Below, in pieces: positions 18,406 to 25,816 of a DNA stretch of 64,000 bases. The stretch covers positions 102 to 64,101 of the forward strand of contig DASQHM010000052.1 of the NCBI GenBank assembly GCA_035632095.1, written 5' to 3'. A program made the translations under genes and the position numbers. Position 1 is the stretch's first letter. Each line of letters opens with the position of its first letter. The notes under the pieces are model-generated. The model saw only the letters and a list, made by a program, of their open reading frames with translations. It did no database searches and had not been told where the DNA came from. The DNA is from Candidatus Cybelea sp. GTDB taxonomy: Bacteria; Pseudomonadota; Alphaproteobacteria; Ferrovibrionales; Ferrovibrionaceae.

Positions 18406-19314
18406 ATGACAATGACCGCTTACCCGAATTCGATTGCCAAGCTTACCCATTCGCTGCGCCGCTATGCGCAGGCTTTTTCCGGTTCGCCCGACGCGGCGGC
18501 GAGGGCGGTGCAAAATTGCCTGGCCATGTCGAGCGACATCGGAACGGTGTCGCGCGGCCGGATATATCGCCGCTTGCAGGAGGCGCTTGCCGACCAAACC
18601 GGCGAGCCGGTTCACGCTTCGGCGCTGACCAAGCTGCCGGAGGCCGAGCGCGCGGCGTTTCTGTTGAGCGTCCTCGAAGGCTTTTGCGACGCCGACATCG
18701 GCGACATCCTCGATGTCGCGGCGTTCGAAGTGCGCGGACTCATTCAGCGCGCGCAGAACCTGTTTCACGATGCCGAGCCTTTGCCGTCCCGCGTGCTGAT
18801 CGTCGCCGATCGCACCAGCGACACGCGCGTCATGGCGCGCACGGTTTGCCAACTTGGTCACAGGGTCTGCGGCATCGCTTCGGATCGGCTCACCGCCGAG
18901 CGCCTGGCGCGCAACGAGCGGCCGGACCTGGTGCTGGCGGAGCTCGGCCTCGGCAACGGCGAGAGCGCGCGCGTCATCGCGCTCGGATTGAAGCGCAGCA
19001 TGGGCGTGCCGTTCGTTCTGGTCGGACGGTTCCGCCCGGACCTGCTGTCGGACGATCTGCCGGCGTCCTTGGTGATCGACCGGCCGATGTTCGCCGAGGC
19101 GCTCTGGGGCGTGCTGCGCGCGGCGCTCGGCGAGGCGGGGACGGCTAATCCGTGCCGGCCGGCTCGACCCGGCGAATATCACCGTTGGCGCCGGTCATCC
19201 GATGCATCAGGGCAATGGCCTCGCGAGTCACCAGAAGGTCGAGGAACAAGGTCCGCTCTGCGGCAAGCCCATCCTGCAACGGCAGCTCCGCACTTCTTCG
19301 CACCAAATACTTGA
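18406..19314 (+). CDS. PhyR-like protein (sigma-factor-like domain + degenerate receiver domain)
   Basis: The N-terminal half resembles the PhyR sigma-like domain (LRRYAQAFSGS; ERAAFLLSVLEGFCDADIGDILDV). The C-terminal half is a receiver fold with substituted key residues (RVLIVADR, PDLVLAELGL, FVLVGRF, VIDRPM). Start is at 18376, 18406 or 18412. The 3' end overlaps the convergent crotonase gene. Confidence 0.75.
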   Translation: MTMTAYPNSIAKLTHSLRRYAQAFSGSPDAAARAVQNCLAMSSDIGTVSRGRIYRRLQEALADQTGEPVHASALTKLPEAERAAFLLSVLEGFCDADIGDILDVAAFEVRGLIQRAQNLFHDAEPLPSRVLIVADRTSDTRVMARTVCQLGHRVCGIASDRLTAERLARNERPDLVLAELGLGNGESARVIALGLKRSMGVPFVLVGRFRPDLLSDDLPASLVIDRPMFAEALWGVLRAALGEAGTANPCRPARPGEYHRWRRSSDASGQWPRESPEGRGTRSALRQAHPATAAPHFFAPNT

Positions 19315-19963
19315 TGTGCGCCACCGCGCGCGGCGATTTGCCGGCGATTTCGCCGGCAATTTCCCGTCCGCGCGCGAGCGCATCCCCGTCGGTCACCTCA
19401 TGCACCATGCCGAGCGCAAGCGCCTCCGCGGGCTTGATCGTACGGCCGCGAAGCATCATCTCGAGCGCTCGCGCCGGCCCGACCAGGCGCGATAGCTTCT
19501 GCGTGCCGCCGGCGCCGGGCAGAAGCCCGATATTGATCTCCGGCAATCCGATGGAATAGTCGCCGGCCGCCGCGATCCGGATGTCGCATGCCAAGGCGAA
19601 TTCGAAGCCGCCGCCCATGCACATGCCGTTAATGGCGGCAATGGTGGCCTTGGGCATTTCCTCCATGCGGCGGCAGATTGCGCCGAAAGCGTGCTCCGGC
19701 ACGGGGCGCGCCGGATCGAAGGTCATTGCGCGTTCGCCGATCCGTGCCGCTAGGCGCTCCAACTCGGGCACGGAATAGTGGCGAATGAAGACGCCCGGCG
19801 CCGCGCCCGTGAAGACGACCGCGCCGATGCCGTCATCGGTCTCCACCCGCCGCACGGCGGCATCGAGCTCTGCCACCGTGGCTTCGTTCATGCAGCCGCC
19901 GGGCAGGTTCGCGAAGCGGATGAGCGCCACCCGATCCTGCACCTCGATCCCAATCTGCACCAT
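19145..19963 (-). CDS. enoyl-CoA hydratase/isomerase (crotonase) family protein
   Basis: 272 aa from the ATG at 19963 (MVQIGIEVQDRVALIRF...). Oxyanion-hole region AAINGMCMGGGFEFALACDIR. Confidence 0.88.
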   Translation of the reverse strand: MVQIGIEVQDRVALIRFANLPGGCMNEATVAELDAAVRRVETDDGIGAVVFTGAAPGVFIRHYSVPELERLAARIGERAMTFDPARPVPEHAFGAICRRMEEMPKATIAAINGMCMGGGFEFALACDIRIAAAGDYSIGLPEINIGLLPGAGGTQKLSRLVGPARALEMMLRGRTIKPAEALALGMVHEVTDGDALARGREIAGEIAGKSPRAVAHIKYLVRRSAELPLQDGLAAERTLFLDLLVTREAIALMHRMTGANGDIRRVEPAGTD

Positions 19964-20073
19964 GTCATCCTCCGCAGCCGGTTGCCGGACCACTATAACA
20001 GCGGGGGCGGAATACGGCGGACCGGCGCAATCGGCACTTGACGGCGACCGGCGGCGCCCATTTGGTATTGGCG

Positions 20074-21498
20074 ATGGCAGACACCAGGACAACGTTCCCT
20101 TGGGGCCGGGTCGCCCAGGCAACTCTGGCCATGGCGGCGCCCGTCGCCGTGGTTCTCGCGGCCTTGGTGGTTCTCCGTCGTCTCGACGTGAATACGGCGC
20201 TGGTCGCCGGCGTCCTGATCGTCTTGCCGCTGGGGTTCATGGCGGCGCGGCATCTGGGCGACCTTTGGTCCGTGATCCGTTTTGCCGAGCGATTGCGCGC
20301 CGGCTCGTCCTCGGCCGCCCTAGACGCGCCGCCGCCGCGCGCCGCGGGGTCGCTGGTCGCCGCCGAGCTTGCCCAGGCGCTCGGCCGCTTTCACAAGAGC
20401 GTTGCGGTCGAGCAGCAGCGGCTTGACGCGGAAGCGGCCGCCTCCGGCGCGGTGTTCGACAGCCTGCCGGACCCGCTCCTGATCCTGGATGCGGACCGGC
20501 GAATCTTGCGCGCCAACGACGCGGCGGCGAACCTGTTCGGCGAGAGCCTGGCCGGGAGGGAGCTGATCCAGGTACTGCGCCATCCGGCGGTATTGGATGC
20601 GGTCCAGGCGGTGCTGGCCGGCGGCGCCGGTTCGCGGCAGGTCGAGTTCGTTCTCCCGGTGCCGGTCGTGAGAGAGCTCAGTGCGCGGGCCGTGGGGCTG
20701 GTCCGCGGCGGCGAGCGCCCCATGGCGATTCTCACATTCCAGGATTTGACGGCGATCAAGCGCGCCGAGCAGATGCGGGCGGATTTCGTCGCCAATGCGA
20801 GCCACGAACTGCGCACGCCGCTCGCGACGCTGATCGGCTTCATCGAGACGTTGCAGGGTCCGGCACGCGACGATTCCGAGGCCCGGCAGCGGTTTCTCGG
20901 CATCATGCGCGAGCAGGCCGAACGCATGGCGCGGCTGATCCGCGATCTCCTGTCGCTGTCGCAAATCGAGCTCAACGAGCACACACCGCCGCAGAACCGC
21001 GTGGATGTGCGCGAGGCAATCGGATCCGTGGTCGATATGCTGCAAATGCAGGCCGCCGCCAAGGGCATGCGCATCGACACCGAAGCCCCGGCCGCGCTGC
21101 CGCCCGTGGTCGGGGAGCGGGACGAGCTGATCCAGGTGTTTCAGAACCTGATCGACAACGCCATCAAATACGGCCGGCCCAATACGCCGGTCACGGTGAC
21201 CGTGCGGCTGCCGCGCGGCGATGCGAGCCGGCGGATCGGCGCGCCGGCGCTTGCGGTGTCCGTCTCGGATCGGGGCGAGGGCATCGCCCGGGAACACCTG
21301 CCGCGCCTGACGGAGCGGTTCTACCGGGTGGACAGCGCACGAAGCCGTGCCCTCGGCGGAACCGGCCTTGGACTCGCCATCGTGAAGCATGTCCTGAACC
21401 GCCACCGCGGCTCGCTGACCATCGAGAGCGAGGAAGGGCAGGGGTCCACGTTCACAGTGTTCTTGCCGGCCGCCGACGGCGCCATTCCGGCGAATTAG
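20074..21498 (+). CDS. phoR: phosphate regulon sensor histidine kinase PhoR
   Basis: About 474 aa. Two N-terminal TM segments, a PAS-like region, H-box ANASHELRTPL, N and G boxes (NLIDNAIKY, GGTGLGLAIVKH). phoU-phoB follow. Confidence 0.85.
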   Translation: MADTRTTFPWGRVAQATLAMAAPVAVVLAALVVLRRLDVNTALVAGVLIVLPLGFMAARHLGDLWSVIRFAERLRAGSSSAALDAPPPRAAGSLVAAELAQALGRFHKSVAVEQQRLDAEAAASGAVFDSLPDPLLILDADRRILRANDAAANLFGESLAGRELIQVLRHPAVLDAVQAVLAGGAGSRQVEFVLPVPVVRELSARAVGLVRGGERPMAILTFQDLTAIKRAEQMRADFVANASHELRTPLATLIGFIETLQGPARDDSEARQRFLGIMREQAERMARLIRDLLSLSQIELNEHTPPQNRVDVREAIGSVVDMLQMQAAAKGMRIDTEAPAALPPVVGERDELIQVFQNLIDNAIKYGRPNTPVTVTVRLPRGDASRRIGAPALAVSVSDRGEGIAREHLPRLTERFYRVDSARSRALGGTGLGLAIVKHVLNRHRGSLTIESEEGQGSTFTVFLPAADGAIPAN

Positions 21499-21534
21499 CC
21501 CGTCTCGCCATTTATCTGACCTCGAAAACGTCCC

Positions 21535-21563
21535 TTGTAATCAATTCGTCATCGTAGTGACAT
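21535..21563 (+). promoter_or_regulatory. candidate Pho box (three 11-bp-phased PhoB half-sites)
   Basis: TTGTAAT-caat-TCGTCAT-cgta-GTGACAT, i.e. 7-nt repeats resembling CTGTCAT with 4-nt spacers, 47-75 nt upstream of the phoU ATG. Confidence 0.45.
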
Positions 21564-21609
21564 CAAGCCGTCAAGGATGCGCGCCATCCTGCGCGCAGCG
21601 GAGAGCGGA

Positions 21610-22338
21610 ATGGCCACCGATCATATCGTTAAGTCCTACGACGAAGAGCTAAGCCGCCTCAGCGGCACAATCACGCAAATGGGCGGCCTGGCCGAAACCC
21701 AGCTTGCCATGGCGATTCAGGCCATGGTGCGCCGGGACAGCGAACTCGCCGCCAGCATCATCGAGCGGGATGCGCAGGTGGACCAGCTCGAGCGCGACGT
21801 GGACAATTTCGTGGTCCGCCTCTTGGCGCTGCGCCAGCCGATGGCGACCGACCTAAGGATGATCGTGACGGCCCTTCGGATTGCATCGGATCTGGAACGC
21901 ATTGCCGACTATGCCGCCAACGTCGCGAAGCGCGCGATCGCCTTAAACCAGGTTCCGCCCGTGCGCCCCATGCACACGGTGCCCCGCATGGGCGCGGTGG
22001 TGCAGGAGATGATCAAGGACGTCATCGACGCCTACGTGGCGCGCGACGTGGCCAAGGCCATGGCGGTCTGGAACCGCGACGAGGAAGTCGACGAGATGTA
22101 CAACTCGCTCTTTCGCGAGTTGCTGACCTACATGATGGAGGATCCGCGCTCCATCACCACGTGCACCCATCTGCTGTTCATCGCCAAGAACATCGAGCGC
22201 ATCGGCGACCACACCACCAATATCGCCGAATTGATCCACTACCAGGTCAACGGCAGCACGATCAAAGCCATCCGGCCGAAGGGCGACAAGACCAGCTTCG
22301 CCGTCGTGCAGCGGACCAAGAGCGAGGGCGCCAATTGA
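21610..22338 (+). CDS. phoU: phosphate signalling complex protein PhoU
   Basis: About 242 aa from the ATG at 21610. Duplicated PhoU repeat (RIASDLERIADYA / FIAKNIERIGDHTTNIAE). Confidence 0.92.
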   Translation: MATDHIVKSYDEELSRLSGTITQMGGLAETQLAMAIQAMVRRDSELAASIIERDAQVDQLERDVDNFVVRLLALRQPMATDLRMIVTALRIASDLERIADYAANVAKRAIALNQVPPVRPMHTVPRMGAVVQEMIKDVIDAYVARDVAKAMAVWNRDEEVDEMYNSLFRELLTYMMEDPRSITTCTHLLFIAKNIERIGDHTTNIAELIHYQVNGSTIKAIRPKGDKTSFAVVQRTKSEGAN

Positions 22339-23033
22339 TGCGGCCCAACATCCTCATCACCGAGGACGAAGCCGCACTCGTCGCAATGCTCCGCTACAAC
22401 CTCGAAAAAGAGGGCTACGCGGTCGATGAAGCGGCGGACGGACAAGAGGCGCTGATCAAGGTTGCCGAAAGCAAGCCCGATCTGATCCTGCTCGACTGGA
22501 TGCTGCCGCAGCTTTCCGGCCTCGAAGTGTGCCGGCAGATCCGGCGCAACCCCGAGACCCGCAGCATCCCGATAATCATGGTGACGGCGCGCGGCGAGGA
22601 GGCCGATCGCGTGCGCGGGCTGGATGTGGGCGCCGACGACTATATCGCCAAACCGTTCTCGCCCGGCGAATTGATGGCCCGCATTCGCGCGGTGCTGAGG
22701 CGCGTCCGTCCGGCGCTCGCCGAAGAAGTCTTGACCTGCGGCGACTTGACCATGGACCTTGCCTCCCATCGGGTCATGCGGCGCGATCGCGAAGTGCGCC
22801 TCGGACCGACGGAGTTCCGCCTGCTGCGGCATTTCCTCGAACATCCGGGCCGGGTTCTGTCGCGCGAGCATCTGCTCAACGCGGTATGGGGGCGCGACGT
22901 CTTTGTCGAAGAGCGGACCGTGGACGTCCATATCCGCCGCTTGCGCAAGGCCGTCAACGGCGACGGCGAGTCCGATCTGATCCGCACCGTGCGGTCGGCC
23001 GGCTACGCCTTGGAAGTGCCGCTCGCCGCCTGA
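22338..23033 (+). CDS. phoB: phosphate regulon response regulator PhoB (OmpR family)
   Basis: 231 aa. The ATG overlaps the phoU stop (TGATG). Receiver motifs (ILITEDE, DLILLDWMLP, IIMVTA, IAKPF) plus a winged helix (RTVDVHIRRLRKA). Confidence 0.93.
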   Translation: MRPNILITEDEAALVAMLRYNLEKEGYAVDEAADGQEALIKVAESKPDLILLDWMLPQLSGLEVCRQIRRNPETRSIPIIMVTARGEEADRVRGLDVGADDYIAKPFSPGELMARIRAVLRRVRPALAEEVLTCGDLTMDLASHRVMRRDREVRLGPTEFRLLRHFLEHPGRVLSREHLLNAVWGRDVFVEERTVDVHIRRLRKAVNGDGESDLIRTVRSAGYALEVPLAA

Positions 23034-23051
23034 TGCGCGAAGGCGGCGCCG

Positions 23052-23666
23052 CTATTTGATCTGGGCGGTCCGGCTCTTGAGCTGATCCAGCAGCGCGCCG
23101 ATCTGCCCGCTATTGTTCTGGATGACTGAAGCGAATTCCTCGCGCTGCGACTGCATCATGCTGACGCCCTCGACCGAAACGTCGATGATCCTGTAGCCGG
23201 TGTCGTTCTTGCGGACCCGCCAGACGACGCGCACGGGCTGCTCGTTCGGGCGACTGATCAGGCTCTTGACGTACGAATCGCCGTCGTCGCCGGTGCTGGT
23301 CCCATCGACGTTCAGCGTCTCGCCGGTGTACTGGCCGAACCGGGCTGCGTAGCTCTTGACGATGTAGTCCTCGAACAGGGTGCGGTAGTCCGACTTCTGG
23401 GCATCCGTGGCCTGGCGCCAAAAGCGGCCGAGGGAAAGGCGGCTGATGGTATCGAGGTCGAAGCCCTTTTCCAGGATCTGGCGGAACTGATCTTCGCGCT
23501 GCTGCTGCGGCAGGGCGGCATTGTTCAGCAAGGTGATGCCTTCCGCGCCAAGGCTGCGGATCAAGGCTTCGGCGCTGTCGCTGCTTTCGGCCCGTGCGGG
23601 CGCCCCGGCGAAGCCTGCCAGTGCCAGCGAGAGCGAAAGGGCCATGATCGATCGGCGACTAAACAT
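23052..23666 (-). CDS. MlaC/Ttg2D-family periplasmic phospholipid-binding protein
   Basis: 204 aa with a signal peptide (ALSLSLALAGFAGAPARA). Toluene-tolerance Ttg2D-like pattern (FDLDTISRLSLGRFWRQATDAQKSDYRTLFEDYIVKSYA...RIIDVSVEGVSM). A GGGAGGGG SD is present. Confidence 0.8.
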   Translation of the reverse strand: MFSRRSIMALSLSLALAGFAGAPARAESSDSAEALIRSLGAEGITLLNNAALPQQQREDQFRQILEKGFDLDTISRLSLGRFWRQATDAQKSDYRTLFEDYIVKSYAARFGQYTGETLNVDGTSTGDDGDSYVKSLISRPNEQPVRVVWRVRKNDTGYRIIDVSVEGVSMMQSQREEFASVIQNNSGQIGALLDQLKSRTAQIK

Positions 23667-23914
23667 GACCTAAGCCCCTCCCTGGGGCGATCCAATGTCT
23701 TCGAGCATGCTCAGCTGCTCGGCTTTAGCGGTTCTAGCCCGTCTTCGAGCGGCCGCATTGTAGCCGATGAAGGTTAACGTTTAGGCAAGCATAACGTTGA
23801 TATCGAATCCTTATGGCATTCCCGAGACATAAGGGACGCCGGCACAGCGTGGCTTGGTACCACGAAAGTTCGCGTCTGGCATGGTGGAAACGCCAGCAAA
23901 TTTCCACTATTCAA

Positions 23915-23938
23915 ACACATAAAGATATGTTTATGTGT
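23915..23938. promoter_or_regulatory. 24-bp palindrome, candidate operator upstream of the ArsR-type regulator gene
   Basis: ACACATAAA-GATATG-TTTATGTGT, with perfect 9-bp arms, 36 nt upstream of the ATG at 23974 in an AT-rich intergenic region. Confidence 0.45.
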
Positions 23939-23973
23939 ACTCCAAATCAGGTGGGATCCCGGGGTCGGCCGCG

Positions 23974-24915
23974 ATGGATATTTTGCTCAATGGCCTGCGG
24001 GCCGCTGGCGAGCCGACTCGCCTAAGGTTGCTGGCGCTCTGCGCCCACGGCGAGTTGACCGTGAGCGAGCTGACCCAGATTCTCGGTCAGAGCCAGCCAC
24101 GGGTCTCGCGCCACCTAAAGCTCCTCTGTGAAGCGGGTCTGCTCGACCGCTTCCGCGAGGGGACCTGGGCATTTTACCGCCTGGCGGAACGAGGCGCCTG
24201 CGCGGCCCTGGCGCGCACCATGGTGGACCTTATCCCCGAGAACGACGCGACGCTCACCCGGGATCTGGAGCGGCTCGAGGCGGCCAAGCAAACCCGCGCC
24301 GAGGCGGCCGCAGCCTATTTCCGGGCCAACGCGGCGCGCTGGAGCGAGATCCGTTCGTTGCATGTCGCCGACGAGAACGTCGAGGCCGCGCTGATGGATG
24401 TTCTGGGCGAGCAGGCCATCGACGAGTTTCTCGACGTCGGCACCGGCACGGGACGCATTTTGGAATTGCTCGCTCCGCGGGTCGGCCGTGGCGTCGGCAT
24501 CGACCTCAGCCGCGAGATGCTGGCGATCGCGCGGTCGACCCTGGAGAACGCGAACCTGCGCCATTGCCAGGTGCGTCTCGGCGACATGTACCATTTGCCG
24601 GTGCCCGCGGCCTCCTTCGACGTCATCACCTTCCATCAGGTGCTGCACTATGCGGACGACCCGTCCGCCGCCATCGCCGAGGCGGCGCGCGTGCTGAAGC
24701 CCGGCGGCCGCGTGGCCGTGGTGGATTTCGAGCCGCACGATCTGGAGTATTTGCGCGAGCAGCACGCCCACCGCCGTCTCGGCTTCAGCGAGCAGGAAGT
24801 CGCGGCATGGTACGCGGCAGCCGGTCTGGAGCTGAACGCATCGCGCCGGCTCGCGGGCGATCCTCTCACCGTAGGCATCTGGCTGGCCCGGCAGCCGGGG
24901 AGCGGGCCGCAATGA
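23974..24915 (+). CDS. sahR: ArsR-type wHTH fused to SAM-methyltransferase-like domain (SahR-like regulator)
   Basis: 313 aa. N-terminal ArsR/SmtB HTH (EPTRLRLLALCAHGELTVSELTQILGQSQPRVSRHLKLL) and C-terminal MTase motif I LDVGTGTGRILELLA. Its stop overlaps the metF start. Confidence 0.75.
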   Translation: MDILLNGLRAAGEPTRLRLLALCAHGELTVSELTQILGQSQPRVSRHLKLLCEAGLLDRFREGTWAFYRLAERGACAALARTMVDLIPENDATLTRDLERLEAAKQTRAEAAAAYFRANAARWSEIRSLHVADENVEAALMDVLGEQAIDEFLDVGTGTGRILELLAPRVGRGVGIDLSREMLAIARSTLENANLRHCQVRLGDMYHLPVPAASFDVITFHQVLHYADDPSAAIAEAARVLKPGGRVAVVDFEPHDLEYLREQHAHRRLGFSEQEVAAWYAAAGLELNASRRLAGDPLTVGIWLARQPGSGPQ

Positions 24916-25814
24916 GCCCTCCCGCAGCTTCCGCGCACGTCGATCCGCCCGCGGGGCTCAATGTCTCTTTCGAATTCTTTCCGCCGCGCACCGCGGAGAT
25001 GGAGGAGAGCCTCTGGCGCGCCATTGAGCGGTTGGCGCCGCTGGCGCCGCGTTTCGTATCGGTGACCTATGGCGCCGGCGGCTCGACACGCGAGCGCACC
25101 CATGCGACGGTCGTTCGCATCCGCAAGGAGACCAAGCTCGAACCGGCAGCGCATCTCACCTGCGTCGCGGCTTCCCGGGGCGAGGTCGACGACGTGGCGC
25201 GACGCTACTGGGAGGCGGGCATCCGCCATGTGGTTGCCCTGCGCGGCGATGCGCCGGACGGCGCGGGTCCATATACGCCGCATCCGCAAGGCTATGCGCG
25301 GGCCAGCGATCTGGTCTCGGGCTTGAAGCGGATCGCCGATTTCGAAATCAGCGTGGCGGCCTATCCGGAGGTCCATCCGGATGCGGAATCCAGCCGCGCC
25401 GACCTCGACAATCTCAAGCGCAAGATCGATTCCGGCGCCAGTCGCGCCATCACCCAATATTTCTTCGATGCCGAATTGTTCCTGCGCTTCCGCGACCGCG
25501 CCCGCGCCGCCGGCATCGGCGTTCCGCTCGTGCCCGGCATCATGCCGGTGACGAACTTCAAGCAGATGGTGCGGTTCAGCAGGTTGTGCGGGGCCAGCGT
25601 TCCCGCCTGGCTCGCCGACTTATTCGAGGGCCTGGATGGCGATGCGGAGACGCGCCGCATGGTCGCCGCGAGCATCGCCGCCGAGCAATGCCGGGCGTTG
25701 CGCAACGCCGGCGTGAACGAATTTCACTTCTATACTTTGAACCGCCCGGATTTGACCTTCGCAATCTGCCACATCCTCGGCGTGCGGCCGCCCGCCGCGG
25801 CGAAGGCGCCGTAG
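24912..25814 (+). CDS. metF: 5,10-methylenetetrahydrofolate reductase
   Basis: 300 aa from the ATG at 24912 (ATGA overlap). Motifs VSFEFFPPRT, FVSVTYGAGGSTRERT, AHLTCV and VVALRGD. Confidence 0.92.
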   Translation: MSPPAASAHVDPPAGLNVSFEFFPPRTAEMEESLWRAIERLAPLAPRFVSVTYGAGGSTRERTHATVVRIRKETKLEPAAHLTCVAASRGEVDDVARRYWEAGIRHVVALRGDAPDGAGPYTPHPQGYARASDLVSGLKRIADFEISVAAYPEVHPDAESSRADLDNLKRKIDSGASRAITQYFFDAELFLRFRDRARAAGIGVPLVPGIMPVTNFKQMVRFSRLCGASVPAWLADLFEGLDGDAETRRMVAASIAAEQCRALRNAGVNEFHFYTLNRPDLTFAICHILGVRPPAAAKAP

Positions 25815-25816
25815 AC

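Noticed and set aside
23667-23973. Possible SAM-II or cobalamin riboswitch ahead of the metF/metH operon.
   Set aside because: I could not find the conserved SAM-II pseudoknot core or a B12-box-like sequence by eye. metH itself is B12-dependent and is not normally riboswitch-controlled. An Rfam scan is needed for formal exclusion.
23813-24025. 70-aa ORF (MAFPRHKGRRHSVAWYHESS...) in the AT-rich region upstream of the SahR-like gene, and the ORF-track start at 23935 for that gene.
   Set aside because: It has low GC3, no SD, and runs through the palindromic operator-like sequences. The ArsR-type domain begins cleanly at the ATG at 23974 (MDILLNGLRAAGEPTRLRLL).
25586-25816. N-terminal extensions suggested by the ORF track. 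These include metH from 25586, metF from 24564, the Mo-hydroxylase large subunit from 33223, NMO from 35748, rsmH from 46583, murG from 55779, and others.
   Set aside because: The extensions overlap the preceding gene in another frame and are Arg-rich nonsense. Internal ATG or GTG starts sit at stop/start overlaps and give N-termini typical of each family.
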